A DNA stretch of 64,000 bases from Eledone cirrhosa (Eukaryota): NCBI GenBank assembly GCA_964016885.1, contig CAXHJY010001754.1, positions 10,096 to 74,095 of the forward strand, given 5' to 3'. Below, piece after piece: positions 60,679 to 64,000 of the stretch (position 1 is its first letter; each line of letters begins with the position of its first letter). The position numbers and the translations under genes are program-made. Below the pieces are notes generated by a model. The model was not told the origin of the DNA and ran no database searches. It saw nothing but the letters and a program-made list of their open reading frames with translations.

Positions 60679-60879
60679 ATATTAACAATTGGAAACTATA
60701 TTTATAAAACCATATTTATTTCATTATACATATTTCAAGGGCAACCAGTGCAAACTATGGTGCGCTTTCATCAGCTAAAATATAATATAGGTTAGTTTTA
60801 TAAATAAATTTGTTGAGTGCTTTATATCAGTTATAAAAATATTTTGCTTGTTGTATCCCAACAAATTAAATATAACCTC

Positions 60880-60882
<3 letters not shown>
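60675..60882 (+). mobile_element. Family C element with second arm deleted; HHR at 60719-60780 (-)
   Basis: Left arm joined directly to the TTGTTGAGTGCT tail; rc ttttag CTGATGA aagcgcacca...tggttgccctt GAAA tatgtATA atgaaa. Confidence 0.7.
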
Positions 60883-60918
<36 letters not shown>

Positions 60919-61432
60919 TTTGATGGTTTGTATTAATGAATAAAAACTAATGATAAAATAGAAACATATATATATATATATATTTGTGTTTAATGAAACC
61001 CCTGAATGATATGTGGCCCTCAATTATGGGTTATTTATAGGTAAATCCAGCAGCACTGTCCACTATGGTGCAGAAAATTTTATACTGATAATAATTCTAT
61101 TTAAACTGATAATTATAACTAAGAAAATTGGAATATTGCGAGTTAAATATAAACAACAAACATGGCGCTTTGACTTTGAATTCAAGTCCTTTGGGCTGAG
61201 AGTAAACAATAAATATATTTGGCCATATTATTTTCTACTACTGACTGACTAGAAGCTCAAGTTTCAAGATAAATACATTGTATTTGATTTGATAATTACA
61301 GCCCAAGGCTTAGTATTTATTGAGGTATTAAGAAGTGTTTACCTGAGTTTTCAAAAGGCATGGTCTTCTTGTTATAATTTATGGAGGTCTAATGTATATT
61401 AGTGACAAAATGAAAGATCGTAAACAACAGCT

Positions 61433-61506
<74 letters not shown>

Positions 61507-61591
61507 GTGATGGTGATGGTGATGATGATGATGATGATGATGATGATGGTTATGATGAAGAAGAAGAAGAAGAAGAAGAACAACAACAACA

Positions 61592-61628
<37 letters not shown>

Positions 61629-62069
61629 GTACTACTACTACACCCATTGTGATAAGTGTAGCAACAGCATTAATGGCAACAACAACAAAATCATTTGCGA
61701 CAATCTCGGCGTTTACTTATGCAAATTATGTTTGCCTAATAATTTATATTCAAATAGTAAAATTCAAACTTTTCTGACTTATTTAAAAATGTAAGAAAAA
61801 CTGACTGTTTTAAAGCAAATTGCAATTTACACTAAAGTAAAATCAATAATTGTAGTTCTTAAATGTCTTCTTTAGGGTTCAAATATCTCTTAACCAGTAC
61901 CAATCAATAGTTCTAGAAATACTACACTGTCTCTTAACTAGAAATATATTGTAGAGAGAGTGAATGTCTTCACATTCTAGCAACTAAGTCTAACTTCTGT
62001 GCACCAGCTTACCTTATATAATTACTGCGATTTATCACCTCCTATTTAATTGAGATATATTAAAGTTGA

Positions 62070-62785
62070 TTTAATTGACTTTCCCCCCATTACCAAAATT
62101 GTTGGCCTTGTGCCTATATTAGAAACCATTACTATCGGTAGAGGGTCGGACGTCATGCTTTCCACCATAGAGTTACGGCCCTTTACGATCTGAGTTCAAA
62201 TCCCGCCGAGGTTAGCTTTGCCTTTCATCCTTACGGGGTCGATAAAATAAAGTACCAGTAATACACTGGGATAATTGCTGGCCTTGTGCCAAAAGTAGAA
62301 ACAATTATTATTAAAATAAAGTGGCGTTGGATTGGCAGTATCGGTAGAGGGTCGGACGCCATGCTTTGACGCATAGAGTTACGGCCCTTGCCATTCTGAG
62401 TTCAAATCCCGCCGAGATTAACTTTGCCTTTCATCCTTACGAGGTCGATAAAATAAAGTACCAGTAATACACTGGGGTAATTGCTGGCCTTGTGCCAAAA
62501 GAAGAAACAATTATTAAAATAAAGTACCAGTAATACACTAGCTAATTGCTGACCTTGTGCCAAAAGAAGATACAATTATTAAAATAAAGTACCAGTAATA
62601 CAGTGGGTTATTTGCTGGCCTTGTGCTAAAAGTAGAAACAATTATTATTATTATCATTTTTAGGCGGTGGTTTGGCAGTATCGATAGAGCGTCAGACACC
62701 ATGATTTGCAGCATAGAGTTACGCCCCTTTACGATCTGAGTTCAAATCCTGTCAAGGTTAACTTTTCCTATCATCCTTACGGGAT
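62070..62785 (+). mobile_element. Tandem SINE array with two extra tail duplications
   Basis: Units at ~62133-62306, 62322-62513, tails 62516-62643, partial 62663-62785. Confidence 0.85.
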
Positions 62786-62886
62786 GGAAGTGGGTAAAAC
62801 AAGTTAGACCATTACTCACCAGAGTACTCGATACTTGGAGTAGTAAAGTGGGTAATTTAAAAAATTCGGGACCCCGACGGTTGAGC

Positions 62887-62927
<41 letters not shown>

Positions 62928-62968
62928 GATATTAACAAATGGAAACTATATTTATAAAACCATATTTA

Positions 62969-63029
62969 TTTCATTATACATATTTCAAGGACACCAAGTT
63001 AAATTATGGTGTGCTTTCATCAGATAAAA
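62969..63029 (-). ncRNA. Minimal type I hammerhead ribozyme
   Basis: rc: ttttat CTGATGA aagcacacca taatttaact tggtgtcctt GAAA tatgtATA atgaaa. Confidence 0.7.
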
Positions 63030-63150
63030 TATAATATAGATCAGTTTTATAAACAAATATTGACATACCCTATCCGGGAGCTCCCGACAGTAATGGTTGC
63101 ATTCTTTAAGGGTATGTCAATATTTATTTATAAAACTGGTCTATATTATA

Positions 63151-63211
63151 TTTTATCTGATGAAAGCATACCATAATTTAACTTGGTGTCCTTGAAATAT
63201 GTATAATGAAA
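63151..63211 (+). ncRNA. Minimal type I hammerhead ribozyme
   Basis: ttttat CTGATGA aagcatacca taatttaact tggtgtcctt GAAA tatgtATA atgaaa. Confidence 0.7.
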
Positions 63212-63362
63212 TAATTATGGTTTTATAAATATAGTTTCCATTTGTTAATATCGTATATCTACTCCAAATATTTGTTGAGTGCTTTATATCAGTTATAAAA
63301 ATATTTGCTTGTTGTATCCCAACAATTTAAATAGAACTTTTACATATATATACATATATATG

Positions 63363-63470
<108 letters not shown>

Positions 63471-63496
63471 CATATATGTAGATAGATAGATAGATA

Positions 63497-63630
63497 AGTT
63501 TATCCCGAGTTCAATCGGGGGTAACCACAGTAAGTAAAGTACTCAATACATAGCAAAATATAAATATTTAATATAGAAATGACTTCTACAGGACTAGAAC
63601 TGTTTCATACGGCAGAAATCATCCGGAAGC

Positions 63631-63632
<2 letters not shown>
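63497..63632 (-). mobile_element. Family B element, single arm, HHR with mutated core (CGGATGA)
   Basis: rc: ggcttc CGGATGA tttctgccgtat GAAACAG ttctagtc CTGTA gaagtc; tail homologous to 36975-37051. Confidence 0.65.
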
Positions 63633-63684
<52 letters not shown>

Positions 63685-64000
63685 ATGTGTGTGTGTGTGT
63701 GTGTGTATGTGTGTGTGTGTGTGTATCTGAATGAGTCTTGAGTGTTAGTGTGTGTATGTGCTGCGTATAAGTGTGCACGTTAATGCTTTGTTTGGTTTGT
63801 GGTGTGGCAGGGATTGGGCGGATGGGGTCAGTCAGGGGTGCTGGGGAAACGAGAGGCAGCAGAGGGTGGCGGGGGGGGGGGGTGCTAAAGATCGAAACCG
63901 ACATGGAAGTGAGACAGACAAGACATAACAGTGAACGTGTCAGAGATAAAGGAAGAGATTAGAGAGACTGGCAGATAAGGTGTAAGGATAATTGAAGGGG

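Larger units (their letters stand above)
62925..63345 (+). mobile_element. Family C fold-back element
   Basis: ~147-bp arms 62925-63071/63109-63255 plus tail to 63345; (TA)n flanks. Confidence 0.8.

Overview
A gene-poor, AT-rich eukaryotic window, most likely from an octopod cephalopod. That inference rests on the dominant tRNA-derived SINE with a Deu/Nin-like core and the extreme (TA)n/(CA)n/(GA)n/(CAC)n microsatellite load. No intact protein-coding gene is supportable; essentially all supplied ORFs are microsatellite artefacts. Recognisable content: about 20 copies of one SINE, decayed LINE fragments (Tx1/L1-like, R4/RLE-like, RTE), a Tc1/mariner-type MITE, several minisatellites, and a few weak candidate + strand exons. 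The most notable signal is a set of short (100-420 bp) non-coding elements embedded in (TA)n tracts. They carry minimal type I hammerhead ribozymes (HHR) of the Penelope-like-element (PLE) kind and are usually arranged as fold-back inverted repeats. Otherwise unrelated families share a 3' motif YGAGTRCT about 40-65 nt from the terminus, and three families share a Y-Y mismatch at position 4 of stem II. The unique islands are also rich in YY1/Pho-type AANATGGCG motifs. All structures and alignments were read by eye and coordinates may be off by a few bases.
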